Source of the DNA: Candidatus Caldarchaeales archaeon
GTDB lineage: Archaea; Thermoproteota; Nitrososphaeria_A; Caldarchaeales; Calditenuaceae
Assembly: GCA_039630085.1 (NCBI GenBank)
Contig: JBCNVM010000001.1
Coordinates: 192,001 to 256,000, forward strand
Length of the DNA: 64,000 nt
Direction of reading: 5' to 3'
Of this stretch, positions 38,757-47,846 are shown piece after piece (within the stretch, counting starts at the first letter, position 1; every line of letters begins with the position of its first letter). The notes below the pieces were generated by a model, which was not told the origin of the DNA, ran no database searches, and saw only the letters and a list, made by a program, of their open reading frames with translations. A program made the translations under genes and the position numbers.

Positions 38757-39751
38757 CACGCCCTCAGCCTCCTGATCGCGAACCGCTGTCGGAGGACCTC
38801 CTCCTTCGAGGACCGCTCGTCCCTGATCCTCCTGCCGGTGAGGCTCATGAAGACCTCGTCGAGCGTCGGCTTGCGCATCTCGACCCTGTTGACCGTTACG
38901 CCCGAGGAGATCAGCCTCCTCAGGACCTCCGGCAGCACCTCCTCGCCGCCCTCGGCCCTGATCAGGACCCTCGAGCCGTCCTCCTCGACCCGCTTCACCC
39001 CGCGGACCCCGGACAGCAGCCCCTTCATGTCGACGCTGTTCTGAACGGCCTCCAGCTCTATCGCGTCGTACCCGAACCTGGCCTTCAAGTTCTTGGGCGA
39101 GTCGATCGCCATGATCCGGCCCCTGTCGATGACCGCGACCCGGTCGCAGTTCGCGTCGGCCTCCTCCATGTAGTGGGTCGTCATGAAGACCGTCAGGCCC
39201 TCCTCCCTCACGAGCCTCCTGACGTATTCCCAGATCGAGGCCCTGGTCTGGACATCCAGGCCTAAGGTCGGCTCGTCCAGGAACAATACCTTGGGTCTGT
39301 GGATCAGCGCGCCGGCCAGCTCGAGCCTCTTCCTCATCCCGCCGGAGTAGGTGCTGACCCTCCTGTCGATCGCCTCCCTCAGGTCCACCAGCTCGACGAC
39401 CTCCTCGATCCTCCTCTTCGCGAGGTCCTTGGGAACGTGGTAGAGCGCGGCCTGGAGTCGGAGGTTCTCCATCCCCGTCAGCTCGTCGTCGACGGTCAGC
39501 TCCTGCGGCACCAGCCCGATCGACTCCCTCACCTTCCTCTGCTGCGTGAGGACGTCGTGGCCCATGACCCTCGCGGTCCCCGAGGTGGGCCTGATTAGGG
39601 TCGTGAGGACGTTGATGGTCGTCGTCTTCCCCGCTCCGTTGGGGCCCAGAAGCCCGAAGACCTCTCCTCCCTCGACCTCGAACGAGACGCCGTCGACGGC
39701 CACGACGGTCCCGAAGACCTTCCTCAGCGACTCGCACTCAACGGCCCTCAA
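38756..39751 (-). CDS. ABC exporter ATP-binding protein (DrrA-like)
   Basis: GPNGAGKTT, YSGGMRKRL, DEPT.GLD, TTHYMEEAD, PTLDEVF..LTG. Confidence 0.93.
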   Translation of the reverse strand: MRAVECESLRKVFGTVVAVDGVSFEVEGGEVFGLLGPNGAGKTTTINVLTTLIRPTSGTARVMGHDVLTQQRKVRESIGLVPQELTVDDELTGMENLRLQAALYHVPKDLAKRRIEEVVELVDLREAIDRRVSTYSGGMRKRLELAGALIHRPKVLFLDEPTLGLDVQTRASIWEYVRRLVREEGLTVFMTTHYMEEADANCDRVAVIDRGRIMAIDSPKNLKARFGYDAIELEAVQNSVDMKGLLSGVRGVKRVEEDGSRVLIRAEGGEEVLPEVLRRLISSGVTVNRVEMRKPTLDEVFMSLTGRRIRDERSSKEEVLRQRFAIRRLRA

Positions 39752-40235
39752 GGCCCCTTCTCCCCAGTATCGAGAGAACCCGGACCCTCGCGTCTCTTAA
39801 GACCTGCGCGACTTCCCTCAGTCCTTCCGGGGGAAGGGCGGCGTAGGCCCTGAGGACTGCGGCCGCGAGCTCCCTCGCCGCGTCCAACAGCTCCATCCCC
39901 TCGGCCGAGGTGTATCTCCTCCCCCTCTCGAGGAGCTCGTCGAGCAGGTCGCGCCTCTCCTCGAGGAACGCCAGGCCCCTCTCGGTGATCCTGTAGACCC
40001 TCTTCCCCTCGACCTCCTCAGACGCGACCAGGCCTTCGTCCTCGAGCATCTGGAGCGTCGGGTAGACCGCGCCCGGGCTCGGCGAGTAAATTCCGAGGAA
40101 CATCTCCCTGATCGCGCTCATCACCTCGTACCCCCGCTTCGGCCCGTCCCTCAGCGCCTCGAGCACCAGCAGCCGCATGTCGCCCCTCGCGAGCCACCTG
40201 AGGCCCTTGACCGGACTCGAGAGCCATCTCGACAT
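39738..40235 (-). CDS. PadR family transcriptional regulator
   Basis: RGD.R..VL..L...P..GYE.M, SPG.VYPTL.MLEDEG, KRVY.ITE.G. Confidence 0.93.
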   Translation of the reverse strand: MSRWLSSPVKGLRWLARGDMRLLVLEALRDGPKRGYEVMSAIREMFLGIYSPSPGAVYPTLQMLEDEGLVASEEVEGKRVYRITERGLAFLEERRDLLDELLERGRRYTSAEGMELLDAARELAAAVLRAYAALPPEGLREVAQVLRDARVRVLSILGRRGLEGR

Positions 40236-40239
40236 TTCT

Positions 40240-40268
40240 CGATATACCGCGAAATATCGTGATATATA
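40240..40268. promoter_or_regulatory. Putative PadR operator / promoter (CGATA...TATCG and ATATCGTGATAT inverted repeats)
   Basis: AT-rich inverted repeats immediately upstream of padR, adjoining a TTATATA box. Confidence 0.45.
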
Positions 40269-40659
40269 AGCATAATGCGCGAATCGTCCAGTCCGTTGCC
40301 TCTAGGTCCGATCAGAGCGCTGGGTTCGACATGTGCCCTGCGTCGTCCCGGACTCGTCGGCCTCTGCCGGGTCGGGGGAGGGACGACCGCGTCGTCCTCG
40401 ATCGTGAAGGTCACGCGCTTGGACTTGATGGAGATGCCCCTGATGCACACCCGCAGCAGGTCATCGGCCGTTTCTCGCAGCCTCACACTTTCGAGCGCTC
40501 GACGATGAATTCGTCCGCCTCCCTCCTCCGCGAGCGCCGCGTCGGTCCACCCGGACTCCACCTCCTCGATGACCAGTTGAGCTCTATCTCGAGGCCCGTC
40601 AGCGCCTTCGCGCCACCCGAAGGCTCGCGAAGACCGACGTAATACCGGGGATGAGCACC

Positions 40660-43056
40660 TCAGAGGAGTTTCGCGGAGAACCCGCTCCTCCAGAGCGCGA
40701 GGAGGTGGAGGTTCCCGACGTTGACGTTCCTGAGGTGCCTCTTCGCAGCCCTGTAGCACTCCCAGACCTGCCTCTCCGGCGTGACGGGGACGTCGTTCAT
40801 TTTGAAGTCCGGGTGGAAGACCAAGAGGCTGTACGGTATCTCCGGGTCCAAGGAGGCGATGAACCTCGCGATCTGGTCGACCTCGCGCTCGTTGACGTAC
40901 TGGGGGACGAGGAGCGTCGTGGCTCCCAGCACGGGCACGTCCCTCCTCCTCTCGTAGAACTCGTCGTAGACGAGCTCGAAGTTCCTCAGGATCTCCTCGT
41001 TGTCCATCCCGGTCAGCGCTACGTGGACGGACTTTGTGAAGGCCTTCAGGTCGAACTTCACGTTCCCTCCCGAGGTCAGCGAGAGCTCCGCGGCCCTCCT
41101 CACCAGCGCAGGGTTCCCGTCGCCGTTCCACTCCCAGCAGATCCTCACGATCCTTCCCTCGCCCTTCTCCTCAAGGACCGTCCTAGAGGCGTTGACCGCG
41201 AAGGGGAGCTGGGGCTCGGCCGATCCGCCGAACCAGCACCAGCACGTGATCCTCTCGTTCCTGAGCGTGACCTCCACCAGCTCCCTGGTCGTGATCCTCT
41301 TCCCCCTCGAGAGGGCCTTGTGGGTCCAGTTCTGGCAATTCTTCACTGCAATGCAGTTGGCGATGTAGGAATGGTCTTCGCAATCAACCTCTATGTTGTA
41401 GACGTATCCTGAATAAGGCCGTCTCTCAACGCTCTCAATTCGCCAAGAGATGTAATTGGCGGCACCGATTCCTGAGCCCGCACCACTGCTCATGCGCGAG
41501 TCGAACGATCTCTCCTCGACCTTGATGACGTATAATCTCGATCGGCCGACCCTCCCCGTTCCAGTTCTCTCGATGCGGGGCGGTACAGACGTGTATAGAG
41601 CTGGTTTCATTCCCAATCCGATCATCAACCAGAGAATCTCAAAGGCCAAGCGCTTCGAGGACGTTGATGCGACGACGTATCCTCGAGTGGTGCGATCGTC
41701 CCCTTTCAAGTAAGCCCTCAAGAAAGATTTGACTACGTTTGCTGGTGCTAGTAGAATCCGTGGCGGGACGTGCTTTTCACGTGGACCCTGTCCACAGAGT
41801 TCGCCGAACAGTGAAGCGAGCGTGGGTTCGTCGATCTCCACCGTTATGCTGGTCGCCCTCTCCACCACGGTGCACTTCACGCCGAAGATGCTCTCCAGAA
41901 CGTCGACAGCCCTTCTGACTAAACCCCTCTCGCGATGTCCGAACGAAATGACAAGCCTGTGGGCATGCGGTCCGTTACCGCCCCTCGTCACACGTCCCCT
42001 TGCGCAGTAAAGGCCTAAGATCTCTGCAAGTTCCTCGTTTAAGGTGATGAAGCGCGGAATGCAGCTCCTTTCCTCCCCCTTGGACCTCACCGTTCCGTCT
42101 TCCTCTACAGTCGTGCCCCCGGAGAGCCCGTTTCCTGCAGTCACGGCTATCTCAGCGGCCAGCTCCTCGGTCACCCTGACAGGCTCCCTGAGCTTCGCGG
42201 AGTGGCGAGCGAGCAGCTCTTCGACGTCGATTGCATCGGCGGATTCGCCTCGCGGGCGCGGCGTTACTAGGTATGATCCGCTTCTGACCTCATCGGCCCT
42301 GACGGTCTTGACGGTTTGAGCGTCGGGGCCGTCCGACACGAACAGGCGGTGAGACGGCGTGCACTCGAGAGGCGGACCGAGGGCCGGTTTCAACGCGATC
42401 AGCTCCCCCTCGTACCAGTGTCTGAATACCCGCAGGACCCTCGCCCTTCTGCCCGTGTGCGTTATCGTGTAGACTGAAGCGGGATACGCCTCTTCGTGGT
42501 CGAGGAACGAGAGCTTGAGCGGGGCTTTGCGAAAGAGTTGAGAGATGGTCTTCATCCCCTCGTCGGTGAGCACGAGGACGTCGGGCGGCAGACAGAACTG
42601 GCAGTTCAGCGAGCACCCGTAGAAGAAGAGCGCGAGGATGTAGTAACCGACCTCGGGCCCCTCCCTCACCGCGAACTTCGGATACCCGCACCCTGTCCCC
42701 GCGGGGCAGAACCACGCGTTGCAGCAGTTGGTGACGTGGGGGTCGAGGTAGTAGTCCAGCAGGCCGAAGTCCGTCCCCGAGAGGCTCCACATCCTCCCGC
42801 CCCTGACGCCCCTTATCCCGCAATACCCGACCTCTCCGTCGGCCATGACGCACCTGGCCGCGCAGAGGTTGCAGGGCTTCCCTCCCGGAGACCTCGGAGG
42901 CTCGGGGGGCAGTCCGAACTCGGCCCTCGAAGCCCTGTGGCCCTCCATCGCCACCTTCAGGGCCGCCTCGGGCCTCTCGACCAAACACTCCCTGCAGACG
43001 CCGATCGCCCTCGAGGTCAGCGGCGACGCCGCGCCGCAGGTCGCGCACCTAGCCAT
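40660..43056 (-). CDS. PflA/AmmeMemoRadiSam-like radical SAM protein containing an intein
   Basis: C..C...C.....G.CG.R, DP..TNCC, CSLNCQF|CQNW radical SAM motif after intein removal, KFDLKA, FHP.F, NLHL. Confidence 0.9.
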   Translation of the reverse strand: MARCATCGAASPLTSRAIGVCRECLVERPEAALKVAMEGHRASRAEFGLPPEPPRSPGGKPCNLCAARCVMADGEVGYCGIRGVRGGRMWSLSGTDFGLLDYYLDPHVTNCCNAWFCPAGTGCGYPKFAVREGPEVGYYILALFFYGCSLNCQFCLPPDVLVLTDEGMKTISQLFRKAPLKLSFLDHEEAYPASVYTITHTGRRARVLRVFRHWYEGELIALKPALGPPLECTPSHRLFVSDGPDAQTVKTVRADEVRSGSYLVTPRPRGESADAIDVEELLARHSAKLREPVRVTEELAAEIAVTAGNGLSGGTTVEEDGTVRSKGEERSCIPRFITLNEELAEILGLYCARGRVTRGGNGPHAHRLVISFGHRERGLVRRAVDVLESIFGVKCTVVERATSITVEIDEPTLASLFGELCGQGPREKHVPPRILLAPANVVKSFLRAYLKGDDRTTRGYVVASTSSKRLAFEILWLMIGLGMKPALYTSVPPRIERTGTGRVGRSRLYVIKVEERSFDSRMSSGAGSGIGAANYISWRIESVERRPYSGYVYNIEVDCEDHSYIANCIAVKNCQNWTHKALSRGKRITTRELVEVTLRNERITCWCWFGGSAEPQLPFAVNASRTVLEEKGEGRIVRICWEWNGDGNPALVRRAAELSLTSGGNVKFDLKAFTKSVHVALTGMDNEEILRNFELVYDEFYERRRDVPVLGATTLLVPQYVNEREVDQIARFIASLDPEIPYSLLVFHPDFKMNDVPVTPERQVWECYRAAKRHLRNVNVGNLHLLALWRSGFSAKLL
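41338..42594 (-). mobile_element. Intein (419 aa) with degenerate LAGLIDADG homing endonuclease
   Basis: Block A CLPPDVLVLT, block B CTPSH, block F YVYNIEV, block G HSYIAN..VKN followed by +1 Cys; EN-like LAEILGLYCARG and FLRAYLKGDD; lower GC. Confidence 0.92.
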
Positions 43057-43142
43057 TCCACCCCTATTCCCCCAGTCCGGGACATACGCCTTTTTCGCCC
43101 TCCGACCGGCCAGGCTTTAACCCGGGTCGCAGGTGACGGCGC

Positions 43143-44267
43143 GTGGAACCGCTGAAGGGGTTGAAGGTGCTGGATCTGACGCAGTTCCCGCCATGGGAGT
43201 TCTCGACCCTGATGCTGGCTGCGATGGGCGCCGAGGTGATCAAGGTCGAGCCTCTGACAGGAGCCGCGAGCAGGAGGCTCTCCCCGGCCGCGAACGGCAG
43301 GCCCCTCCTCTTCGAGTGGCTCAACAGGGGCAAGAGGAGCGTCGGGCTGGACCTGCGGAGGCCGGAGGGAAGGGAGGTGCTGATGAGGATGGTCGAGCGC
43401 GCCGACGTGCTGGTAGAGGCCTTCACCGCCGCGACGGCCGCGAAGCTGGGCCTCGACTACCGGAGCCTCTCGGCGATGAACCCGAGGCTCGTCCTCTGCT
43501 CGGTGAGGGCCTTCGAGGGCGACGAGCCGGACGCGGGGCACGACGTCAACGTCCTCTCGCTGACCGGCGCTCTGAGCCTGATCTCGGACCCGAGCGGCAG
43601 GCCCCTGATCCCCGGGCTGCTGGTCGCGGACTTCGCGGCCTCCTACTCCGTGGTCGTGAAGGTGCTCGCCGCCCTCCTCGAGCGCCATGTGACCGGAAGG
43701 GGGTCCCACGCGGTCGTGACGATGTCATCCGCGGTCCTTCCCTTCCTCTACCACCAGGTCGCGGCCGCGGTCGCCCTCGGGAGGCAGTTGGGCTACGGAG
43801 AGGACCCGCTCCGGGGAGCCTTCCCCTGCTACAACCTCTATGGGACCTCCGACGGGAAGTTCGTGGCGGTGGGCATGCCCGCCGAGCCCCACCTGTGGAG
43901 GGAGCTCTGCGAGAGGATCTCGAGGCCCGACCTGATCGACAGGCAGTTCGACCGCGCCGCAGTCGAGGAGCTCGCGGAGGTCTTCAGGTCCAAGAGCAGG
44001 GACGAGTGGGCAGAGGCGCTCAGGGGCGTGAGGTGCGTCACGCCGGTGCTGGACATCGTCGAGGCGATGAGGTCCGGCGAGGCCTCCAAGCTCCTCGAGG
44101 CCTCCGGCGAGGGTCCGCCGCTCCCGGTCACACCCGTGGGCCCGATCGGGCGGCTGAGGAGGGCTCCGGAGCTCGGGGAACACACCGCGGAGGTCCTGAA
44201 GTCCCTGGGATACTCGGGCTCCGAGGTCGAGAGGCTCGCGAAGGAGGGAGTGGTCCGGGTGGCCTGA
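43143..44267 (+). CDS. CaiB/BaiF family (class III) CoA-transferase
   Basis: PL.G.KVLDLT, GAEVIKVE, NRGKRS..LDL, GHD.N, APELGEHT.EVL. Confidence 0.93.
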   Translation: MEPLKGLKVLDLTQFPPWEFSTLMLAAMGAEVIKVEPLTGAASRRLSPAANGRPLLFEWLNRGKRSVGLDLRRPEGREVLMRMVERADVLVEAFTAATAAKLGLDYRSLSAMNPRLVLCSVRAFEGDEPDAGHDVNVLSLTGALSLISDPSGRPLIPGLLVADFAASYSVVVKVLAALLERHVTGRGSHAVVTMSSAVLPFLYHQVAAAVALGRQLGYGEDPLRGAFPCYNLYGTSDGKFVAVGMPAEPHLWRELCERISRPDLIDRQFDRAAVEELAEVFRSKSRDEWAEALRGVRCVTPVLDIVEAMRSGEASKLLEASGEGPPLPVTPVGPIGRLRRAPELGEHTAEVLKSLGYSGSEVERLAKEGVVRVA

Positions 44268-44270
44268 AGC

Positions 44271-45416
44271 TCAGCAGAGCCCTGACCTCCTCAGGAGGCT
44301 GAGGGCCTCGGGACCGCTCGGCCTCCTCACGTGGAGCACCGTGAACCTCTCGGGCCTCAGGTCCGCCGCGTTGACCACCGCCTCGACTCCCTCAGCCTCG
44401 CCGACGCCTATCTCCGCGAGCGTCAGGGGGAGACCCGCGGCCTCCATCGCCCTCCTGATTCCCCGCCAGCTCATCCTCTCGTCCCTCCACCAGTTCTCGC
44501 TGTTGACCTCGGAGTGGTAGAGCGCCATCGCGACGGTCCCGAGGGCCACCTGCTCGCCGTGAAGCCCCCTGGACCTGCCCATTCCGTCGATGTAGTGGGA
44601 GATCAGGTGCTCGGAGCCTGACGCGGGCCTCGAGGACCCGACGAGCGACATCGCCAACCCAGATAACACCAGACCCTCCAGTAGGCCCTCGTGGTCCCCC
44701 ATCCCTCCTGCCACGAACGCCATCGCCCTCTCGACGGCCATCTCCTCGAGCCTGTACGCGGCCTCGCAGACCTCCTCGCCGGCGTGGTCCCTCCCCAGCT
44801 CCCAGTCCTTCAGCGCGGTGACCTTCGAGAGCAGGTCCCCCACGCCCGCGGCGGTCAGCCTCCTCGGCGACGATCTCAGGACCGCAACGTCCGCCACCAC
44901 CGCGACCGGTTCCCTCGCGAGGACGCTGGTCCTGTGGGCCTTCCCTCCGAGCCAGATCGATGCGACCGGGGATGCGATGCCGTCGTGGGAGAGTGCCGTG
45001 GGGACCGAGACGAAGGGCCTGCCGGACCTGAAGCTCGCGAGCTTGCAGACGTCAATCACCGTACCGCCGCCGACCGCGACGGACGCCTCTGAATCCGCGA
45101 GGGTCCGCTCGACCAGAGCGACGTTGGCCTCGTCGGCCCTCGAGACCTCGAGCACCTTCACACCGATCCCGGAGGAGGACAGGGCCCCTGCCACCTCCCT
45201 GCCGAGCACGTCCAGCGTGACCCGGTCCACGACGACCGCGACCCTCTCCGCCCCGCCGATCCGCTCGAGGGCCCTCGCGACCGCCTCCCCCGCGTGGCCG
45301 TTGACGACCTCGAGGCTCCTCAGCCCGACCCCGTGGGACCTCGAGCAGCTGCAGGTCTTCGAGACGCTTTCGATGAGGTCATCGATGTCCTCGGGCTCCG
45401 CGATCATGGGACTCAC
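44271..45416 (-). CDS. egsA: sn-glycerol-1-phosphate dehydrogenase
   Basis: GGG..ID..K, PT..SHDGIASP, AG.GD, DW.L, SSRPASGSEH..SH, HGEQV. Confidence 0.9.
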   Translation of the reverse strand: MSPMIAEPEDIDDLIESVSKTCSCSRSHGVGLRSLEVVNGHAGEAVARALERIGGAERVAVVVDRVTLDVLGREVAGALSSSGIGVKVLEVSRADEANVALVERTLADSEASVAVGGGTVIDVCKLASFRSGRPFVSVPTALSHDGIASPVASIWLGGKAHRTSVLAREPVAVVADVAVLRSSPRRLTAAGVGDLLSKVTALKDWELGRDHAGEEVCEAAYRLEEMAVERAMAFVAGGMGDHEGLLEGLVLSGLAMSLVGSSRPASGSEHLISHYIDGMGRSRGLHGEQVALGTVAMALYHSEVNSENWWRDERMSWRGIRRAMEAAGLPLTLAEIGVGEAEGVEAVVNAADLRPERFTVLHVRRPSGPEALSLLRRSGLC

Positions 45417-46396
45417 GCCTTGACCTGCTGAGGGATGAGGGGGATCATCCTGACCCGCTCAGTTCTGAGGTCGACTATCGAGGCGACGATCTCGCAGCTC
45501 CTGCAGAGGTCCTGGCCGCTGGGGAAGCAGCAGAGCCTGCACCTCCGCTTCGGGGCGTCGGGCGACTGGGACCTAGCGAGGAGGTTCTCGAGGCAAGAGA
45601 GGGCCGCGTAGAGGGAGCCCGGGTACCGATCCTCGAACTCGGTGAGGAATGACCTGATCATCGACCGCTGGGAACCGGAGGAGTAGGGGCACTCGACCTC
45701 CTGCATAGGTATCCCGGTGTAGTATGCATAGAGGATGACCTCCCTCTCCGGCGTGAGCCTCAGCGGCGCGACCCTCGGGATGGCTCCGGACCCTTCCCTC
45801 CTCAGCCCTATCGGCGGGTGGTTGAGGTCACCCCTCAGCGCGTTCATCAGGTACGTCTGGACGATGTCGTCGAGCGTGTGGGCCGTCGCTATCACCGTCG
45901 CGCCGGCCCTCGTCGCGCCCAGCTCTATCGCCTTCCTCCTCAGCACGCCGCAGACCGTGCATGCCCCGAGCCCGAGTTCGTCCGCGTAGCCCTCCTCGAC
46001 CGCCTCGGAGACGGTGAACCCGAAGGCCTCCCTGAAGCTCACCACCACCTGCTCCACCCCCAGCTCCTCGCAGGCCCTCCTCGCGTTCCCGAGCGCCTCC
46101 TCCCTGTAACCCGGTATCCCCTCGTCGACCGTGACCGCGACCAGGCTCGCCCTCGGGAACCTCCTCTCGATCCTCGCGAGGACCCTCAGGAGCGTCAGGC
46201 TGTCCTTCCCTCCCGAGAGCGCGACCGCGATCCTGTCGTCCTCCCTCAGCATGCCGTACCTCGCGATCGTCCTCTGGACCCTCCTCTCGAAGCTCCTGAC
46301 GAAGCAGGCCCTGCAGAGCCTCTCCCCCGAGTACGGCCTGACCACCGCCACCGGGTTCTCGCCGCAGGACGCGCACCTCCCGGCGCTCAACCCCAC
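45413..46396 (-). CDS. TIGR00269 / TtuA-NcsA family tRNA thiolation protein
   Basis: N- and C-terminal Zn fingers, PP-loop SGGKDS, DEGI.GYR, C..CG..RR, TAH..DD, CPY. Confidence 0.9.
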   Translation of the reverse strand: MGLSAGRCASCGENPVAVVRPYSGERLCRACFVRSFERRVQRTIARYGMLREDDRIAVALSGGKDSLTLLRVLARIERRFPRASLVAVTVDEGIPGYREEALGNARRACEELGVEQVVVSFREAFGFTVSEAVEEGYADELGLGACTVCGVLRRKAIELGATRAGATVIATAHTLDDIVQTYLMNALRGDLNHPPIGLRREGSGAIPRVAPLRLTPEREVILYAYYTGIPMQEVECPYSSGSQRSMIRSFLTEFEDRYPGSLYAALSCLENLLARSQSPDAPKRRCRLCCFPSGQDLCRSCEIVASIVDLRTERVRMIPLIPQQVKA

Positions 46397-46474
46397 CTTC
46401 GCCTCGACCGGCGGTAAAAAGGGCTACCGGGCTCCGAAGGACTAAGGCGCCCGCGAAGCTCGAGGGGGCGACGG

Positions 46475-46899
46475 TCACCGTCGGGATGCTCGGTCGCTGC
46501 GTCTCAAGTTTATTGACCACCCCCCTCGCTCCGCCGTCAGGACTCCCTCCTCCATGAGATCGCTCAGTCGTCTCCGAAGGTCTTCCCAGAATCCGTTATC
46601 GTACAGGACCACGCCGTCCTTCAAGGCGTCTAGAACCAGAACGTTGAAGTCCTCGAACGTCTTCAACGTTTCGTCGACCGAGTAGACGAAAAGGTCGACG
46701 GGGCCCTCAGCATAGACGCTGTATTCCAGAATGCGGTCGATGATCCTTCGCCCGTTCCGTGAAACGACGATCAAAAGGGTCGAAGTCGCTGTAAGTAGTC
46801 CAGTCGTCCTTCACCATTTAGCCGAACAAAATGAGCGAAACTACCTTCTAAGCTTTTCACGCAGAATGTTGCGTACAGTGTTCTCCAGTTATCAGCCAT
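46475..46899 (-). pseudogene. Minimal nucleotidyltransferase (MNT) antitoxin pseudogene
   Basis: Fragments in three frames: MADNW..., KVVSLILFG*MVKDDWTTYSDFD (GS..SD.D motif with the Ser codon turned to TAA), LIVVS...VDLFVY...DALKDG. Confidence 0.7.
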
Positions 46900-47290
46900 G
46901 GGCAAGCTTCGTAACTTCTCCGGCAAAAGCAACGATTCTCTCCGCCCTCCGCAAGGCGTCTTCTGCATCGGTACTGTCGAACATATCGGATGGGGCCCCG
47001 CCGGGAAAAGCGTTGGGACAGCGGGGTGCGATGTAGTATCTGTTTAGAACGCGGGAATCGTCCTTCACCTCCTGCGAGACCGGAGTCAGTTTATCTACTT
47101 CGTTTACGAGCTCGACGAGGTCGTGGCCGATCCTCGGACGGCCGAGGTGTTCGAGGACCGCCTTCAAAGCCTTTTCAGCGGCCTGATGGCTCGCGAAACA
47201 GCTTCACGCGTGGTTGCCCGTATCGAGTAGGTCCTTCGCTGCCTTGAGGTCTGTCCTCGCCTGCCTCATCCAGTCGGCGGTCCTTCTCAC
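46892..47290 (-). pseudogene. HEPN-domain toxin pseudogene (in-frame TGA)
   Basis: MRRTADWMRQA..DL..A....G.HA*SCF.SHQAAEKALKA..GHDL..L..YYI..R.PN; TGA at 47204-47206 where Trp is typical. Confidence 0.8.
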
Positions 47291-47723
47291 GTGCGTCCCG
47301 CGATGAAGAGTTTACTTAAGGTTGCTACGCTAGGTCACTTAGTTCGTGCCGTCTCGGGTTCGCGATCTTTCCGGTTAGCTCGGTGTCGGCTGCCCCGACA
47401 GGCCGGAGAGACGCGTTCTTCCTCCCTGGCCCAAGCGGTTTCCGAAGGCGCAGTCACCGGTCGATAGGCGCCTCTCACCGGGCCTCAGCCTGTCTTCGTT
47501 CACGACGGTTCACGTGCTGCGTCCGCTGTTCCACCACCCGAAGCCGGCTTCGGTGAAGACGCTGCGAAGTCTCATCCTCTCCGCTCTCCCTCCGGCGAGC
47601 TGGTCTCCGGGGACGACGGGGACCTCGACTTGCGGCGCTGACCGTTACGCGAGAACCGTCCAAGCGATGCCTGCGAGGGATCGATGGGTCTTCCTTAATC
47701 GAGGTCTTTAGGCACGCGTCGTA

Positions 47724-47817
47724 AGCCCCGGGCGGGATTCGAACCCGCGACCACCGGCCACCTCCCGCGCGCCGTGCGGCTTACAAGGCCGGCGCTCTGC
47801 CGCTGAGCTACCGGGGC
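47724..47817 (-). tRNA. tRNA-Thr(TGT) with 22-nt intron in the anticodon arm; no encoded CCA
   Basis: Acceptor GCCCCGG/CCGGGGC plus U73, D arm GCTC/GAGC, anticodon stem CCGGC/GCCGG, TTCGAAT T loop; 72 nt after intron removal. Confidence 0.9.
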
Positions 47818-47846
47818 TCCCCTCGCGGCCTATGGTGCCCGGACTT

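Noticed and set aside
46423-46435. GCTACCGGGCTCC resembles the 5' end of tRNA-Thr (47807-47820); possible att site
   Set aside because: Short, gapped, GC-rich match to the wrong end of the tRNA; no 3'-end duplication or integrase
4660-47206. Two in-frame TGA codons at likely Trp positions (4660-4662 and 47204-47206) suggesting UGA recoding
   Set aside because: TGA is the commonest genuine stop in this window, and both loci carry other lesions; TGG-to-TGA decay is simpler
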